A stretch of DNA of 64,000 nucleotides from an uncultured Methanoregulaceae archaeon (GTDB lineage: Archaea > Halobacteriota > Methanomicrobia > Methanomicrobiales > Methanospirillaceae): the NCBI GenBank assembly GCA_963701095.1, contig OY969564.1, positions 352,001-416,000 on the forward strand. Direction: 5' to 3'. A program made the position numbers and the translations under genes. Under the pieces are notes generated by a model that did not search any database, was not told the DNA's origin, and saw only the letters and a program-made list of their open reading frames with translations. Below, piece by piece: positions 42,153 through 55,068 of this stretch (positions are counted from its first letter, which is position 1; each line of letters starts with the position of its first letter).

Positions 42153-45100
42153 ATGCCCGCGATTTCATTACTCTATGTTGACGACGACAAGCATCTTCTC
42201 GACGTGTGCAAGATGTACCTCGAACAGATGGGTTCGATGAAAGTCGATACCGCACTCTCCGCCAAGAATGCACTCGATAAGCTTGTCACTACCCATTACG
42301 ACGCGATTGTTTCAGATTACGAAATGCCAGAGATGAACGGGATTGATTTTCTCAAAGCCGTACGAAAAAGTTACGGATATCTCCCGTTCATTATATTCAC
42401 GGGCAAAGGCCGCGAAGAGATTGTTATTGAGGCAATAAACAGCGGGGCCGATTTCTATCTTCAGAAGGGAGGGGATCCGGATGCACAATTTGCTGAACTC
42501 TCACATAAAATCCGCCAGGCTGTTAAAAGTTATAAGGCAGATGTTTCTCTCAAGGATAGTGAAGAGAAGTTTCACCAGATTTTCAACAGTGTCAATGATG
42601 CGATCCACATCCACGAGATTGACAAAGAGGGTCTACCGGGAAAATTTACTGATGTTAATGAAGTTGCCTGCCGGATGCTCCAGTATAAACGGAGTGATTT
42701 GCTCAAAATAATGCCACTGGATTTAACAACAGAATATTCCAGCATACCTGTTGAGGAGATTGAGAAAAAATTAACAAGTACCGGCCAAGTGATCTTTGAG
42801 ACATTTTACATTCGTAATGACGGTCAGACCATCCCGGTTGAGATCAATGCACATGTTACTGTGCTGAAAGGAAAAAAAGTTGTTATCTCCGTAGTTCGTG
42901 ATCTCAGCGAACGCATTCGAGAGGAGAAAATTCTCCGTACCGAACTTGATCTCGGAAAGGATCTCCAAAAAATTCGCAATCTCCCTGAAATGCTTGAGAC
43001 CTGTCTTTCCTTTGCCATCGATGCATCCGGTCTCGATGCAGGAGGGGTTTATCTTGTCGACGATATTACCGGCTCATTAGATCTTATCGTTAGCAGAAAC
43101 CTTGGTCCTGAATTCCTTTCCTCCTTTACAAAAAATCCTGCAGGAACGCAATTTGCACAAATGGCCACTACCGTTAAATCGCAGTATTTTCCTCCTGATC
43201 TTGAGACGCCGATTCACAAAGAATTGTGCAAGAAGGAAAATCTTCTCCTATTTGCGCTTATACCGGTTATCGTGAAAGGTCATCCTGTTGCCTGCTTGTT
43301 TGTGACATCACATACTGCAAATGAGGTTTCTGAACATTCACGCATCGTTCTTGAAACCATTGCAACCCTGATCGGGATTTCGATAGAAAAAGTGCGGGAC
43401 GACGAAACTACAAAATCCAATTTAGTCCGGCTTGAAACTGCCATGGAAATAGGTAATCTTGCATGGTGGGAGATGGAACTTCCGCAGGGCACCATCCGTT
43501 TTGATGAGCGCAAAGCAAAGATTCTCAGGTACTCACCCGAAAAGTTTGTTCATTATTCCGACTTTACTGCACTTCTTCATCCAAATGACTATGAACAAAC
43601 CATGCAGGCAATGAGGGATCATCTGGAGGGAAAGGTATCCCGGTATTACGCGGATTATCGCATCCAGGATGCTGACGGGAATTATCATTGGTTCCGGGAT
43701 GTCGGGGGTATAACCCAATCCCATGCCGATGGGACACCAAAAATAGTGTCCGGTGTTGTGATCGATTTAACCACCAGCAAAAAATTAGAAGTTGAACTCA
43801 CACAAAAACATGAAGAGTTGCTGGCATCGTTCGAACAGCTCACTGCAACAGAAGAAGAACTGCACCAGAACTATGACGAACTGGAAAAAGGCTATAAAAA
43901 ATTAGCGAGAAGCGAACAGGAATTCCGCAATCTTTTCGAGAATATTGTTGAAGGACTTGCTGTTCACGAACTTGTCCGCGATGCGAACGGGCAGGTATCC
44001 GAATACCGCATTCTTTCCGTTAATCCGTCGTTCGAACGTATCATTGGTATTAATGCAACAAAGGTGATCGGAAAAATCAGTTGCGAGGCTTATGGAACCG
44101 ACAAGCCCCCATTCCTTGAGATTTACACGAGGGTTGCGGAGACCGGCAAGCCGGAAGTATTTGAGACCTATTTTCCACCTATGGATAAATACTTCCGTAT
44201 CTCCGTTTATTCTCCGGGAAAAAACCAGTTTGTTACGGTTTTCTCAGATATCAGCAAGGAAAAACGTAATGAAGAGGCATTAATACAGAAAAATACTGAT
44301 CTTGAAGCAGCCTACGAAGAACTGACTGCAACTGAAGAAGAGATCAGATCTAATCTCGACGAACTGACGGCGAGTCAACAAGAACTTCGCAAGAGCGAGG
44401 AGCAGTACCGGCGAATTGTCGATACTGCAAACGAGGGTATCTGGGAGTTGGATGCCGAGTTCCATATCATTTTTTTCAATCCCCGGATGTCGGAGATCCT
44501 CGGTTATTCATCTGAAGAGATGATGGGCCGCCGTATCACAGATTTTGTTCCTCCAAAAGAGGTTTCAGCGTATGAACACCATCTAAAAGATCGCCGCTAC
44601 GGCCATGACGGCCACTATGAACAGAATTTTGTGAGAAAAGATGGCTCTATCGTAATTCTATACGTATCAGCAACTCCTGTCGTTAGTAAAAGAGGAGCGT
44701 TTCTTGGATCCTTTGCCATGTTTTCTGATATTACCGAGCGTAAAAGAGCCGAAAATGAACTTAAACAAAAAAATACTGATCTTGAAGCAGCCTATGAAGA
44801 ACTGACCGCAACCGAAGAAGAGATCCGCCATAATCTTGAGGAGCTTGCCGCAAACGAGATTAAACTCCGCAGGAGTGAAGCACACCTTGAGGCAGCCCAA
44901 AAACTGGCCCAAATGGGGAGCTGGGAGTTTGATATTTCCTCAGGAAAGATATCATGGACAGCGGAGACCTTCCGAATTTTCAACGTGGAGCCATCACAAG
45001 GGGAACCTACTTTTGAAGAACTGATACGATACTGGCACCCGGATGACCTGGAACCGTTCTTGTCGGCAGTAAACGATGCCCAGGAACATGGAGTTCCTTA

Positions 45101-46634
45101 TGATCTCGAAAACCGAATTCTTCTTCCTGATGGCACACCAAAATATATCCGGGCACAAGGTCAGGCTGAGAAAAGGAAAGGCAAAATCGGCAAGCTTTGG
45201 GGTACGATACAGGACATCACCAGTATAAAGAAAGCCGAAGAAGCCCTACGGGAGAGTGAAGAGCGGTACCGGAACGTTGTTGAGAGCCAGACCGAGTTTA
45301 TCTCTCGGTTTTTACCAGACGCTACACATGTTTTTGTCAACGAGGCCTACTGCCGGTATTTTGGTCTCTCCCGTGACCAGATCATCGGTCACAGGTTCAG
45401 GCCACAGATTCCCGCCGCAGACCAGGAACGAATGAAACGGTTCTTTGAATCGTTAACTCAAGAACACCCGGTCGATACTATCGAACACCGTATTGTCATG
45501 CCAGACGGCAGTATACGATGGCAGCGGTGGAATGATCGTGCGATCTTTGATCCCAACGGAAATGTGATTGAATACCAGTCTGTTGGTCGGGATATTACCG
45601 AGACAAAAGAAGCTGAGGCAGCTTTACAGGAAAGTGAACATCGGTTCCGTGAACAATACCAGAATAACCCTCTCGCCATTTGCACCTGGCAGCATCAAAA
45701 GGGGGATTTTGTCCTCGTCGATTGCAACCCGGCAGCACAAAACCTCACCAACGGGCGATCCAATGAACTCATTGGAAGAACCGCATCTGAACTGTATGCA
45801 AAACGTCCTGAAATCCTCTCTGTTATCCGCCAGTGTATTTCCGAAAAGAAGGTGATCACCAAGGAACTCGTCTCTGAGAACTTCCTGCCCGGAAGACTGA
45901 TCAGTTCTACTGCATCTCCAGTCCCTCCGGACAAGATTATGGTGCATATACAGGATATCACTGATCGCGAACGTGCAGAGTCCGCGATTCGGCAGGCCAA
46001 TAGGCAACTTAACCTCCTGACCAGCATTACACGGCATGACATCCTGAATAATATCTCTGCAATACAGGCTTATCTTATCATAGCGAAGAAAAAAGAACCT
46101 TCTCCCGAGGTAAGCACAATCATCGATAAGATTGGAACTACTACTGCGACCATGAAAAACCAGATAGAATTTACCCGGGTATATAAGGATCTCGGTACCC
46201 ACGATCCGCAGTGGCAGGATATTGGAACTATCACCACCCGACTCAGTCCTCCTCCAACACTTGCGATCAACAATGGAATTACGGGGTTGGAGATATATGC
46301 TGATCCTATGCTCGAAAAAGTATTTTCTAACCTGCTCGATAACACCATACGCCATGCAGAAAAGGCAACTGAGGTCGCTCTGTCCTGCCGGAAATTGGCT
46401 GATGACATTATTATCCTGTGGGAAGACAACGGTGTTGGTATACCAAAAGACGAAAAGGAGGATATATTTGCCCGGGGCTATGGGAAAAACACCGGGTTTG
46501 GTCTTTATCTTGTCCGAGAGATACTCGCAATCACCGGAATCAGCATAAAGGAGACCGGAGAGCCTGGTAAAGGTGCACGGTTCGAGATTAATGTGCCGAA
46601 TGGAGCATGGAGAACTGCAGGAACGCAGTTATGA
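42153..46634 (+). CDS. REC-PAS-GAF-multi-PAS histidine kinase
   Basis: REC; GAF ([10 protein letters not shown]); repeated EELTATEEE coiled coils; ITRHDILN; HATPase. Confidence 0.93.
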   Translation: MPAISLLYVDDDKHLLDVCKMYLEQMGSMKVDTALSAKNALDKLVTTHYDAIVSDYEMPEMNGIDFLKAVRKSYGYLPFIIFTGKGREEIVIEAINSGADFYLQKGGDPDAQFAELSHKIRQAVKSYKADVSLKDSEEKFHQIFNSVNDAIHIHEIDKEGLPGKFTDVNEVACRMLQYKRSDLLKIMPLDLTTEYSSIPVEEIEKKLTSTGQVIFETFYIRNDGQTIPVEINAHVTVLKGKKVVISVVRDLSERIREEKILRTELDLGKDLQKIRNLPEMLETCLSFAIDASGLDAGGVYLVDDITGSLDLIVSRNLGPEFLSSFTKNPAGTQFAQMATTVKSQYFPPDLETPIHKELCKKENLLLFALIPVIVKGHPVACLFVTSHTANEVSEHSRIVLETIATLIGISIEKVRDDETTKSNLVRLETAMEIGNLAWWEMELPQGTIRFDERKAKILRYSPEKFVHYSDFTALLHPNDYEQTMQAMRDHLEGKVSRYYADYRIQDADGNYHWFRDVGGITQSHADGTPKIVSGVVIDLTTSKKLEVELTQKHEELLASFEQLTATEEELHQNYDELEKGYKKLARSEQEFRNLFENIVEGLAVHELVRDANGQVSEYRILSVNPSFERIIGINATKVIGKISCEAYGTDKPPFLEIYTRVAETGKPEVFETYFPPMDKYFRISVYSPGKNQFVTVFSDISKEKRNEEALIQKNTDLEAAYEELTATEEEIRSNLDELTASQQELRKSEEQYRRIVDTANEGIWELDAEFHIIFFNPRMSEILGYSSEEMMGRRITDFVPPKEVSAYEHHLKDRRYGHDGHYEQNFVRKDGSIVILYVSATPVVSKRGAFLGSFAMFSDITERKRAENELKQKNTDLEAAYEELTATEEEIRHNLEELAANEIKLRRSEAHLEAAQKLAQMGSWEFDISSGKISWTAETFRIFNVEPSQGEPTFEELIRYWHPDDLEPFLSAVNDAQEHGVPYDLENRILLPDGTPKYIRAQGQAEKRKGKIGKLWGTIQDITSIKKAEEALRESEERYRNVVESQTEFISRFLPDATHVFVNEAYCRYFGLSRDQIIGHRFRPQIPAADQERMKRFFESLTQEHPVDTIEHRIVMPDGSIRWQRWNDRAIFDPNGNVIEYQSVGRDITETKEAEAALQESEHRFREQYQNNPLAICTWQHQKGDFVLVDCNPAAQNLTNGRSNELIGRTASELYAKRPEILSVIRQCISEKKVITKELVSENFLPGRLISSTASPVPPDKIMVHIQDITDRERAESAIRQANRQLNLLTSITRHDILNNISAIQAYLIIAKKKEPSPEVSTIIDKIGTTTATMKNQIEFTRVYKDLGTHDPQWQDIGTITTRLSPPPTLAINNGITGLEIYADPMLEKVFSNLLDNTIRHAEKATEVALSCRKLADDIIILWEDNGVGIPKDEKEDIFARGYGKNTGFGLYLVREILAITGISIKETGEPGKGARFEINVPNGAWRTAGTQL

Positions 46635-49600
46635 AAGCAGTAAAAAAGAAGAAAATACCACAAAAAAAGGACACTACTACTGCAAGTCCCAAACGATCTT
46701 CATCAGATGAAGATAGGGATGCAATAAGGAAATGTGTTGAAAGATATCGTCTGTTGATAAGCAGTTCCAGCGATATAAGTGCAATTCTTGATCCTTCGGG
46801 AAAAATCCATTACATATCGGATAATGTTAAGAATATCACCGGTTTTCAACCCGATGAATATAAGGGAAAAACAGCACTGGAATTCGTGCATTCCGACGAC
46901 CAGAAAGAGTCTGGATCTGCACTTGAACGAATTATTCGTGGTTTTGAAAGGCATATAACAAAAGAGCTCCGGGTTTGCCGGAATGATGGCGGTTGGGCCT
47001 GGGTCGAAGTACTCGGGACAAATCACATTGATAACCCCGAGATACATGGGGTTGTGCTGAATATCCGTGATATATCTGAACGCAAACAAGTTGAAAATGC
47101 ATTGAAAGAAAGTGAAGAGCGATACAGACTTCTATTCGAGAAATCGCCGGTTCCTTACCAGTCCCTGGATGCTGATGGACGATTCATTGAAGTAAATGAA
47201 GCGTGGCTTCAGGAACTGGGTTATACAAGAGAGGAAGTCATTGGTCACTGGTTCGGGGATTTTATAAGTCCCGAATTTTCTGAGACGTTCCGGATTAATT
47301 TCCCACGATTCAAAGAAGCCGGAGAGACATTTGTAGAATTTGATATGATACGTAAAGATGGCTCTCCGATTACCGTGGCATTTGATGGAAAAATAGGGCA
47401 TTATCCAGATGGTTCGTTCCGGCAGACGCATTGTGTATTCCAAAATATTACGGAAAGGAAAAAGGCGGAAACAGCGCTGCGTGAGAGTGAGGAGAAGTAC
47501 CGGCTCATAACAGAAAATACCGCAGATACTATTTTTATTTTCGATATGAACCTCCACATGACCTACGTAAGTCCAACCGTGAAAAAACAGCGGGGATTCA
47601 CCGTTGAAGAAGCCATGAAGCAGTCCTTGGATCAAATGCTAACACCAGAATCCATTTCGGCCGTAAAAAAACTCTTTAATGATGAGGTGGCTCGGGAAGC
47701 CACCGGAACTGCTGATCCTGATCGCTCTATTTTTATTGAAACCGATGTTTACTGCAAAGACAGGTCAATTAAACCGATCGAGAATTCCCTGCGTTTTCTG
47801 CGAGATTCTAACGGTCGTCCGTATGCAATCCTAGGTATTTCACATGATATCACGGAGCGTAAGAAGGCGGAACAGGCTCTGAAGGAGAGCGAAAAGAAGT
47901 ACCGGGACATTTACGAGAATGCAGTAACAGGTTTTTTTAAGGCTACCGTTGACGGTCGGATTGTCGAGGTTAATGATGCATATGCCCGCATGTACGGTTA
48001 TTCCAATGCGGCAGAAATGTTAATGGCGGGGTTAAATGCAAACCGTGATCTCTATTCTAACCAGGCTGACTTGAAACAGGCACTCTGTATTCTTAATGAA
48101 AAAGGTAATATAGAAAATTACGAATCCCTGCGCTTAAAGCGGGACGGTACCCGTTTCTGGACCTCGATAAATGCACGAGTTATTCAGGATACTGCGGGTA
48201 AAATTATCCTTTACGAAGGCACATCCATCGACATCACCAATCGCAAACGATACGAGAATACGTTAAAACTCTCAAACAAGATCTTATCGATTTCAAACAA
48301 TAACCAGCATCTGGCTTCCATGCTGGATGATGTCGTGCATGAGATACAAGATTACACCAAATGCGATTCAGTTGGTATCCGTATCCTCGATGCAGAGGGA
48401 AATATCCCGTATCTTGCCTACACCGGGTATACACAATCATTCTACGAAGGCGAAAGCCCGCTTAGTATTAAATCGGATGAATGTATGTGCATCTATGTGA
48501 TACGGGGCGATGTCAACCCCGATCTTCCTGTTATTACACCAAAAAAATCGTTTTACTGTAACGGGACGACAAAATTCCTTGCCGGTGTTTCCGAAGAAGA
48601 TAAAGGAAGGACCAGAAACGTCTGCAACGCAGTTGGTTACGAATCGGTAGCCCTTGTTCCTATAAAACATAAAGATACCATTCTCGGGGTTATCCATATT
48701 GCTGATCACCGTGAGAGGATGGTTCCTCTTGAAATTGTTGAAACTCTCGAAGACATCTCTCAAGTGCTAGGATCTTGCGTCAAACGCTTACAGGTAGAAG
48801 AGAAGACTCAAAATTTATTACTCGCCGTTGACTCGGAAAAAAAGCGATTGACGACCCTGATACAAAGTATCAGCGATGAAGTTTGGTATGCTGATAAACA
48901 GAAAAAGTTTGTTCTTGCAAATCCCTCGGCCTTGAATGAATTCAATTTGAATTCAAATTCTGTGGATATAGAAAATTTTACGAAGAATCTGGAAATATAT
49001 CGGTCTGATGGGAGTCTTCGCCCTCTTGATGAAGCCCCATCATTACGTGCGCTTCGTGGCGAAGTTGTGAGACAACAAGAAGAGATCGTCCGGATTCCTA
49101 GAAGTGGAGAGTTGAGATACCGGCAGGTCAATTCCAGCCCGGTAATAGATCAATCCGGTACTATTATCGGTTCGGTATCTGTTGTCCGGGATATTACCGA
49201 AACCAAACAGATGGAGATGGCGCTTATAGAAAATGAAGATCGGTTCAAGCGCATCTCTTCGATCATGTCTGATTTTGCGTTCTCCTGTTTAGAAAAACCG
49301 GATGGGATCTATACTATCGATTGGATATCCGGTGCGGTCGAACATATTACAGGGTACACTATTGATGAACTGAAAAAATTTGGGTGCTGGCGATATATCG
49401 TCGATGAAAGGGATCTTCACCTTTTTGATAAACATGTCACAGGAATTGAACCGGGATCAACGGGAAGCTGTGAACTGCGAATCCACAAGAAAAATGGCGA
49501 AATCGTATGGTTCTTCTGCAGGACAACCTGTATTTATGACTTCATTCATCCGTCTATAAAACGTCTGTATGGTGGATGCCGGGATATCACCGAACGTAAG

Positions 49601-50278
49601 AAGGCGGAAGATCAAATCCGGCAAGCCCTTGCCGAGAAAGAAATCCTTCTCCGCGAACTCCACCACCGGGTGAAAAATAACCTTGCCGGTATCCTCTCCC
49701 TGATTGGGCTTCAATTAAGTCAGGCTCCGGATTCCAATATCGGATCCCAGTTAAAAGATCTTGAAAGCCGGATTCGGAGCATGTCACTGGTTCATGAATT
49801 ACTATACAAAACCAAAAATCTCTCGGAGATTATGTTCCAGGATTATTGTAATAATCTCATCAACTATCTTGTCCAGTCTTATGGAAGCTCTTTAGATATT
49901 AAATGGGAAATTGCGATGGGAGATACAACCTTACCCATGGATTCTGCTATAGTCTGTGGCATGCTTATCACCGAGATTGTCACAAATAGTCTCAAATATG
50001 CATTCCCGCCGGGGTTCTCCCGCTCCGAACGTGATGACGAACCCTGGACGATTACCCTAACTTTGAAGCGTGATGGAGACGCGACTGTAATGACTATAAG
50101 TGACAACGGTATAGGAATACCCAAGAATATTATCGAGAGCCAACCCACAACACTTGGCATGACCCTGATACATCTCTTTGCCAAGAACCAGCTTCAGGGA
50201 GAAGTTGATATCGATAACAAACGGGGGACAAAGTACACTATTACATTCACTCCAAAATACACAGAGGAATATACATGA
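46631..50278 (+). CDS. Multi-PAS/GAF histidine kinase, HisKA_2 type
   Basis: [13 protein letters not shown]-box; [19 protein letters not shown] overlaps the previous stop codon. Confidence 0.92.
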   Translation: MKAVKKKKIPQKKDTTTASPKRSSSDEDRDAIRKCVERYRLLISSSSDISAILDPSGKIHYISDNVKNITGFQPDEYKGKTALEFVHSDDQKESGSALERIIRGFERHITKELRVCRNDGGWAWVEVLGTNHIDNPEIHGVVLNIRDISERKQVENALKESEERYRLLFEKSPVPYQSLDADGRFIEVNEAWLQELGYTREEVIGHWFGDFISPEFSETFRINFPRFKEAGETFVEFDMIRKDGSPITVAFDGKIGHYPDGSFRQTHCVFQNITERKKAETALRESEEKYRLITENTADTIFIFDMNLHMTYVSPTVKKQRGFTVEEAMKQSLDQMLTPESISAVKKLFNDEVAREATGTADPDRSIFIETDVYCKDRSIKPIENSLRFLRDSNGRPYAILGISHDITERKKAEQALKESEKKYRDIYENAVTGFFKATVDGRIVEVNDAYARMYGYSNAAEMLMAGLNANRDLYSNQADLKQALCILNEKGNIENYESLRLKRDGTRFWTSINARVIQDTAGKIILYEGTSIDITNRKRYENTLKLSNKILSISNNNQHLASMLDDVVHEIQDYTKCDSVGIRILDAEGNIPYLAYTGYTQSFYEGESPLSIKSDECMCIYVIRGDVNPDLPVITPKKSFYCNGTTKFLAGVSEEDKGRTRNVCNAVGYESVALVPIKHKDTILGVIHIADHRERMVPLEIVETLEDISQVLGSCVKRLQVEEKTQNLLLAVDSEKKRLTTLIQSISDEVWYADKQKKFVLANPSALNEFNLNSNSVDIENFTKNLEIYRSDGSLRPLDEAPSLRALRGEVVRQQEEIVRIPRSGELRYRQVNSSPVIDQSGTIIGSVSVVRDITETKQMEMALIENEDRFKRISSIMSDFAFSCLEKPDGIYTIDWISGAVEHITGYTIDELKKFGCWRYIVDERDLHLFDKHVTGIEPGSTGSCELRIHKKNGEIVWFFCRTTCIYDFIHPSIKRLYGGCRDITERKKAEDQIRQALAEKEILLRELHHRVKNNLAGILSLIGLQLSQAPDSNIGSQLKDLESRIRSMSLVHELLYKTKNLSEIMFQDYCNNLINYLVQSYGSSLDIKWEIAMGDTTLPMDSAIVCGMLITEIVTNSLKYAFPPGFSRSERDDEPWTITLTLKRDGDATVMTISDNGIGIPKNIIESQPTTLGMTLIHLFAKNQLQGEVDIDNKRGTKYTITFTPKYTEEYT

Positions 50279-52963
50279 CATCAGGAAAAAAAGTCCTTAT
50301 TGTAGAAGACGATGCTCTGATATCAGCAGGACTTTTGCAGACCGTCCGCAGTTTTGGATATGAAACTGGAAAAGTGGTGGCCACAGGAGAAGATGCTGTA
50401 ATCAGTGCCAAAGAAATCAAACCTGATATTATTCTTATGGATATCAAGCTCGCCGGTACTATGGACGGTATCGAAGCGGCGAGAATCATACGAAGCGCAC
50501 AGGATATTCCGGTGATCTATCTGACCGCTTATTCAGATGACGAGCGATTACGGGAATCTCTCCACACAGAACCTTATGGCTACCTCATCAAACCAGTTAA
50601 GAACGATGACCTACGGACAACCCTTGAAATTACCCTCTACAAACACCAGATGGACATCGCACTTCGGGAAAGCGAAGAACGCTACCGGGCGATAATCACC
50701 CAAGCAATGGAAGGAATCGTTCTTTTCGACCGGGATTCGCACACCATCATCGAGACCAATCCTGCATTCAGGGATCTAGTCGGGTACACAGAAAAAGAAC
50801 TTGCAACTATGAATATCTTTAATATCGTCCCTTATCCTCCAGAGACAGTTAAGTCCCTTTTTTCCAAACTTGAGTGCGAATCGCAATGCAGGCTTGGAGA
50901 ACAGAAAATTCGTCGTAAAGACAATTCCCTGCTCGACGTAGAATGCAACTCGAGTTTTATCCGTTACAAAGGGAAAAACATGATCATCTGCGTTATTGCA
51001 CACGATGTGACCGAGCGTAAGCGTGCAGAGTCCGCCCTTTTTGAAGCCAACAAGAAACTGAACCTGCTCTCCTCCATAACCCGTCATGATGTCCTTAACC
51101 AGCTCATGGCGTTAAGAGCATATTTCATTTTAACAAAAAAGAAAATTACCGACCCAGACCTTTCCGATATCATCCATAAAGAGGAAGAAGTACTCGATAC
51201 CCTCGAACATCACGTAATATTCACTCGAGATTACCAGAACCTGGGGATGAAAGGATCAGCATGGCAAAATGTTGATGAGATTGTACGGAAAGTGGCTGCA
51301 ACGCTGCCGATTAATAAAACACGAGTTGAAACTGATCGATCAGACCTTGAATTGTATGCAGATCCACTATTGGAAAAAGTATTTTATAATCTGATTGACA
51401 ATGCCCTCCGCTACGGGGGAGAGCATATGACAACCATCCAGTTTTCCTCTCGTGAAACAGAAAAGGGGTTTATTGTTTTCTGCGAAGACGATGGCGTTGG
51501 TATGGTAGTGTCTCTATAATGCTGTAAAATCAGCACACCCAGTATCCAAAGAGATCATCTCACTCTTCACAGATAAATACCGGTTACCCGTGATCCACTC
51601 CTCATTAATATCGATAAGGATCGAACCGGTAAGTCTTAACAACGAAGCATCATTCGGGAAAGCCCCTATTTTTCTGCTCCGTCGTTTGAGTTCTTTATTA
51701 ACCCGTTCCAGGAGATTAGTAGTCCGGATCTTTTTCCAGTGTTCCGGGGGAAATGCCCGGTAATTCATCAGGCCGTGCTCGAACCGGTAGATGGTATCAG
51801 CAGCCCGAGAGAGCCCGAAATTCTCCAGTTCCTTCGCATAAGCAAGTAAGAGAGCATGATCACTGAGACATTCTTTGAGTCGTTCGGCGATCGACTTGTG
51901 ATATTTTCGGGAGACTTTTCTCAGAACTGCCCGGATAAAATGAACGTGACAAAGCTGCCATGATGAGCCAGGGAACATCCTTTCGGCAGCCGATTGGATC
52001 CCGGAATGTCCATCTGAAATAACGAGATCCACCTTACTGAGACCACGATCCTTGAGGTCGGAAAATATTCCTTCCCAGGTAAGTTCATGTTCCGCATCAG
52101 TGACACGAGCTCCGAGGATCTCCCGGTATCCGTCTTCCCGTACCCTGGCTGACTACGAGAAGAGTCTTCGTTGATGTACTTGACTCCATCTCTTACTTTG
52201 AAGTACGATGCATCGACGAAAAGATACGGAAAGTGTGAGTCGATGGTTCTTTCCATAAACTCCGTGATTTTCACATCGAGTTCCTGTGCTACCTTCGAGA
52301 CGTAGGACGCCGAAATCTGGGTGACGCCCAGATGTGAGATTACTTTCTCGACATTCCGGGTCGATACGCCCTGAAGATACGATTCGATGATCGCGTTCAC
52401 GAGCGCTTTCTCAGCCCGGGAGTATCGTTCGAATACTTTTGTCTCAAACGGGATCTCGCGTAACTGCGGTTTCTGGAGCATGAGATCCCCGAACCGGGTC
52501 TTCAGGGACCTAGACCGGTACCCGTTCCGATGCGCTCTTCTCGAACTCGATCTCGCGTGTTTCGGTACTCCGGCTTGTTGGGCCACTTCCTCGTTCATCA
52601 CATCGTTCAGAAACCACGTGATGAGCTGTTGCATTCCCTTCTCGTTATCGGTAAGATAATTTAGTACGATGTCGTTTAGATTCATTGCCCTGTATTCTCC
52701 TTGTTGCAATCTGATGTTGGATACAGGGCGTCTTCACTTTTTACAGCACTTCGTGTACACTACCGGTTGGTATCGCTGATGATGAAAAAGATCTCATCTT
52801 TGAACATGGATTCGGGAAAAACACCGGTCTTGGACTGTTCTTAGTCAGGGAGGTGTTGGGAATTAACGGTATGACCGTTAAAGAAACCGGTACACCAGGT
52901 AAAGGAGCACGATTCGAGATTACCGTTCCAAAAGGGATGTACCGGCGAGTTGAAGTAACTTAG
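50275..52963 (+). pseudogene. REC-PAS histidine kinase interrupted by IS256 in the G1 box
   Basis: ...CEDDGVG, then the IS, then (I)ADDEKDLIFEHGFGKNTGLGLFLVRE...GARFEITVPKGMYRRVEVT* ending at 52963. Confidence 0.9.
51504..52764 (-). mobile_element. IS256-family insertion sequence, copy 2, with 8-bp TSD GTTGGTAT; transposase 51514-52709 frameshifted at about 52150
   Basis: Near-identical to copy 1 with the same TIRs; gttggtat at 51496-51503 and 52766-52773, with one extra G at 52765. Confidence 0.93.
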
Positions 52964-53111
52964 ATCTTTTTGGGTTCTGTCAAGTCTTCGGATGTTGGCG
53001 TTAAGCCTACATCGAAGAAAATATGTCATCTCCCGCAGACTTGACAGAGCCCAGCTTTGTATTAAACGGATTTGTAAGAGAATTCCAACAGAAAATGGAG
53101 GATTTATTTGA

Positions 53112-54074
53112 TCAGGATTTTTTGAACCGCGTGAGAATATAGCTCGTCAGGGTCTTGCCACTGATATTTCGGGTAGATGCATCAACCCGGATAAAGAAGA
53201 ACTCTTCACTACCGGTATCAACAAAGACCGGTTTTTCTGCCGGGGTGATATGCACATGACAAAGTGTTTTTTCCGAGATAACCGGGAATGTGATGTGAAT
53301 ATACTGGCTCGCTGTCTCATAGATCTCAGGAATGTACCGCCGTATTACCGAGTCAATTAGCATTCGCCGGTACCCGTCCGGGTTTCGGTCTTTTTCCAGC
53401 ATTCGGGAATAATCGTCATCGATCCCCACAACCTTTATCATATTTTTTACCCGGTCTTCTTCTATACCTATAATGAGATCTCCACCACTGGAATTCAGGA
53501 AACCGGCAATTGACCTTGCGATAATAAATTTCGAAGCGTTGGTCCGGTATTTTCGCACTTCTGCCGATTCACTAACATCAGCCTCTTCTTTGGAAACCCT
53601 CGTGCTCCAAAGGGCTTTAAACTTAAACTCAACCCTTTCACTTTCCCCGGTGGCGATCATCATCCTGACAGCAATGGTATCATCCTCGGGCACGTTGATT
53701 TGAAGTGCATTCCGTTGTTTGATGACGTAGGAAGAAACCACGGCAATGCCGATAAACAGAAGCGCCTGAAAGATTACGCCACCTACGACAAACACATTTG
53801 GAGTGAGAAAATATGCTGATACCAGCAGGTAAGAAACTGCACAGCCTCCGGCGACATAAATCCCGCGAGAAGGGTAAAAATACGTGGCATAAAGGATTGG
53901 GAAATAGAAAAGCTGCGGGACTATTGAGCCATATCCGGCCGCCATGGAAATATAGGTAACCCCGATGATAGAGGCAGTAATTGAAGCGATAACCCAAAAC
54001 CTGACAAGATCGTTTTGCTGTATTTGAAAGGTGTTCGGTAAACGGTATCCTGGAAGAGCGGGTGTTGGATCCAT
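53112..54074 (-). CDS. Membrane protein with C-terminal Schlafen/AlbA_2 domain
   Basis: About four N-terminal TM helices (PQLFYFPILYATYFYP); GESERVEFK, IAGFLNSSGGDLIIGIEED and FFIRVDAST AlbA_2 motifs. Confidence 0.8.
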   Translation of the reverse strand: MDPTPALPGYRLPNTFQIQQNDLVRFWVIASITASIIGVTYISMAAGYGSIVPQLFYFPILYATYFYPSRGIYVAGGCAVSYLLVSAYFLTPNVFVVGGVIFQALLFIGIAVVSSYVIKQRNALQINVPEDDTIAVRMMIATGESERVEFKFKALWSTRVSKEEADVSESAEVRKYRTNASKFIIARSIAGFLNSSGGDLIIGIEEDRVKNMIKVVGIDDDYSRMLEKDRNPDGYRRMLIDSVIRRYIPEIYETASQYIHITFPVISEKTLCHVHITPAEKPVFVDTGSEEFFFIRVDASTRNISGKTLTSYILTRFKKS

Positions 54075-54233
54075 TGTTAATGAGGGCTTAGACTAAGAGG
54101 CTAATAACCATATCTATAGTCGGTGTTGTTGCTTTAATCGATAGTTAGTGATCTGATTGTCGTCAATATTGACCGATTAATTTTCTCGTTGTTGACTGTC
54201 CCCAAAAACAAAGGATCTCAAATCCTCCATTAA

Positions 54234-54291
54234 TCCCCTTTCAGTACACCAAAATTAACATAAATGTTAAGGTTGGTGTATCTAAGGGGGA
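54234..54291. promoter_or_regulatory. Long imperfect inverted repeat upstream of abiEi (probable autoregulatory operator)
   Basis: tcccctttcagtacaccaaaattaacat-aa-atgttaaggttggtgtatctaaggggga; 22/28 positions complementary. Confidence 0.7.
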
Positions 54292-54309
54292 AATTGGGAG
54301 AGGAAGGTT

Positions 54310-55068
54310 ATGACAATTGAAATCCTGAAATCAATGGCAAAAGAGAACCAGATCTTTTCTTTTGCACAGATTTACCAGAAAACGCACATCAAAAAAGAGA
54401 TGCTCTGGGTTATCCTCTCCCGCATGGAAGAGAAAGGGTTCATCGAACGGATTGAGAAAGGAAAGTACCTGATCATCCCCTTGGGTAGCGAGAAAGGGAA
54501 ATATACGCTCCATGAGTTCGTCATTGCGTCCTATATCGTAGAACCGTACGCGATCTCATACTGGAGTGCACTCCATTACTACGGGCTCACGGAACAGATT
54601 CCGACCACCGTCTTTGTCCAGACCCCCGCACGTAAAAAGAAGAGCCGGATAGAGATTTTTGGGGTGAATTACCAGATTGTGCGGGTGAAAGAGGACAAGT
54701 TCTTTGGTATCCGCAATGAGTGGATCGAAGAGACCAAGGTCAATGTCACGGATAAAGAAAAAACGATTATTGACTGCCTTGACAAACCACATTACGCTGG
54801 GGGCATAATCGAAATAGCGAAAGCCATGAAGGATAGGTCGCTGAATTACAATAAGCTCATGGAACATGCAGTTAAACTCAACAACTTTGCAGTTATCCGA
54901 AGGCTCGGTTTTCTTTCCGAGAAAATGGGTGTGCCAATTAATCTCCCGCCACCTCGGTCGAACAAATATTTGCTGCTGGACCCTACGATGCCAGCGAAAG
55001 GGGCAAACGATCCTAAATGGCGGCTTGTGATTAATCAGAATATCATCCCGCCGGAGTCACTTGAATGA
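54310..55068 (+). CDS. abiEi: Type IV TA antitoxin, AbiEi family
   Basis: N-terminal wHTH (RMEEKGFIERIEKGKY), ISYWSALHYYGLTEQIP, TDKEKTIIDC, RRLGFL. Confidence 0.88.
   Translation: MTIEILKSMAKENQIFSFAQIYQKTHIKKEMLWVILSRMEEKGFIERIEKGKYLIIPLGSEKGKYTLHEFVIASYIVEPYAISYWSALHYYGLTEQIPTTVFVQTPARKKKSRIEIFGVNYQIVRVKEDKFFGIRNEWIEETKVNVTDKEKTIIDCLDKPHYAGGIIEIAKAMKDRSLNYNKLMEHAVKLNNFAVIRRLGFLSEKMGVPINLPPPRSNKYLLLDPTMPAKGANDPKWRLVINQNIIPPESLE

Noticed and set aside
30210..52764. Composite transposon formed by the two direct IS256 copies
   Set aside because: Copy 2 has its own TSD inside a kinase gene and the outer flanks do not match, so the insertions are independent.
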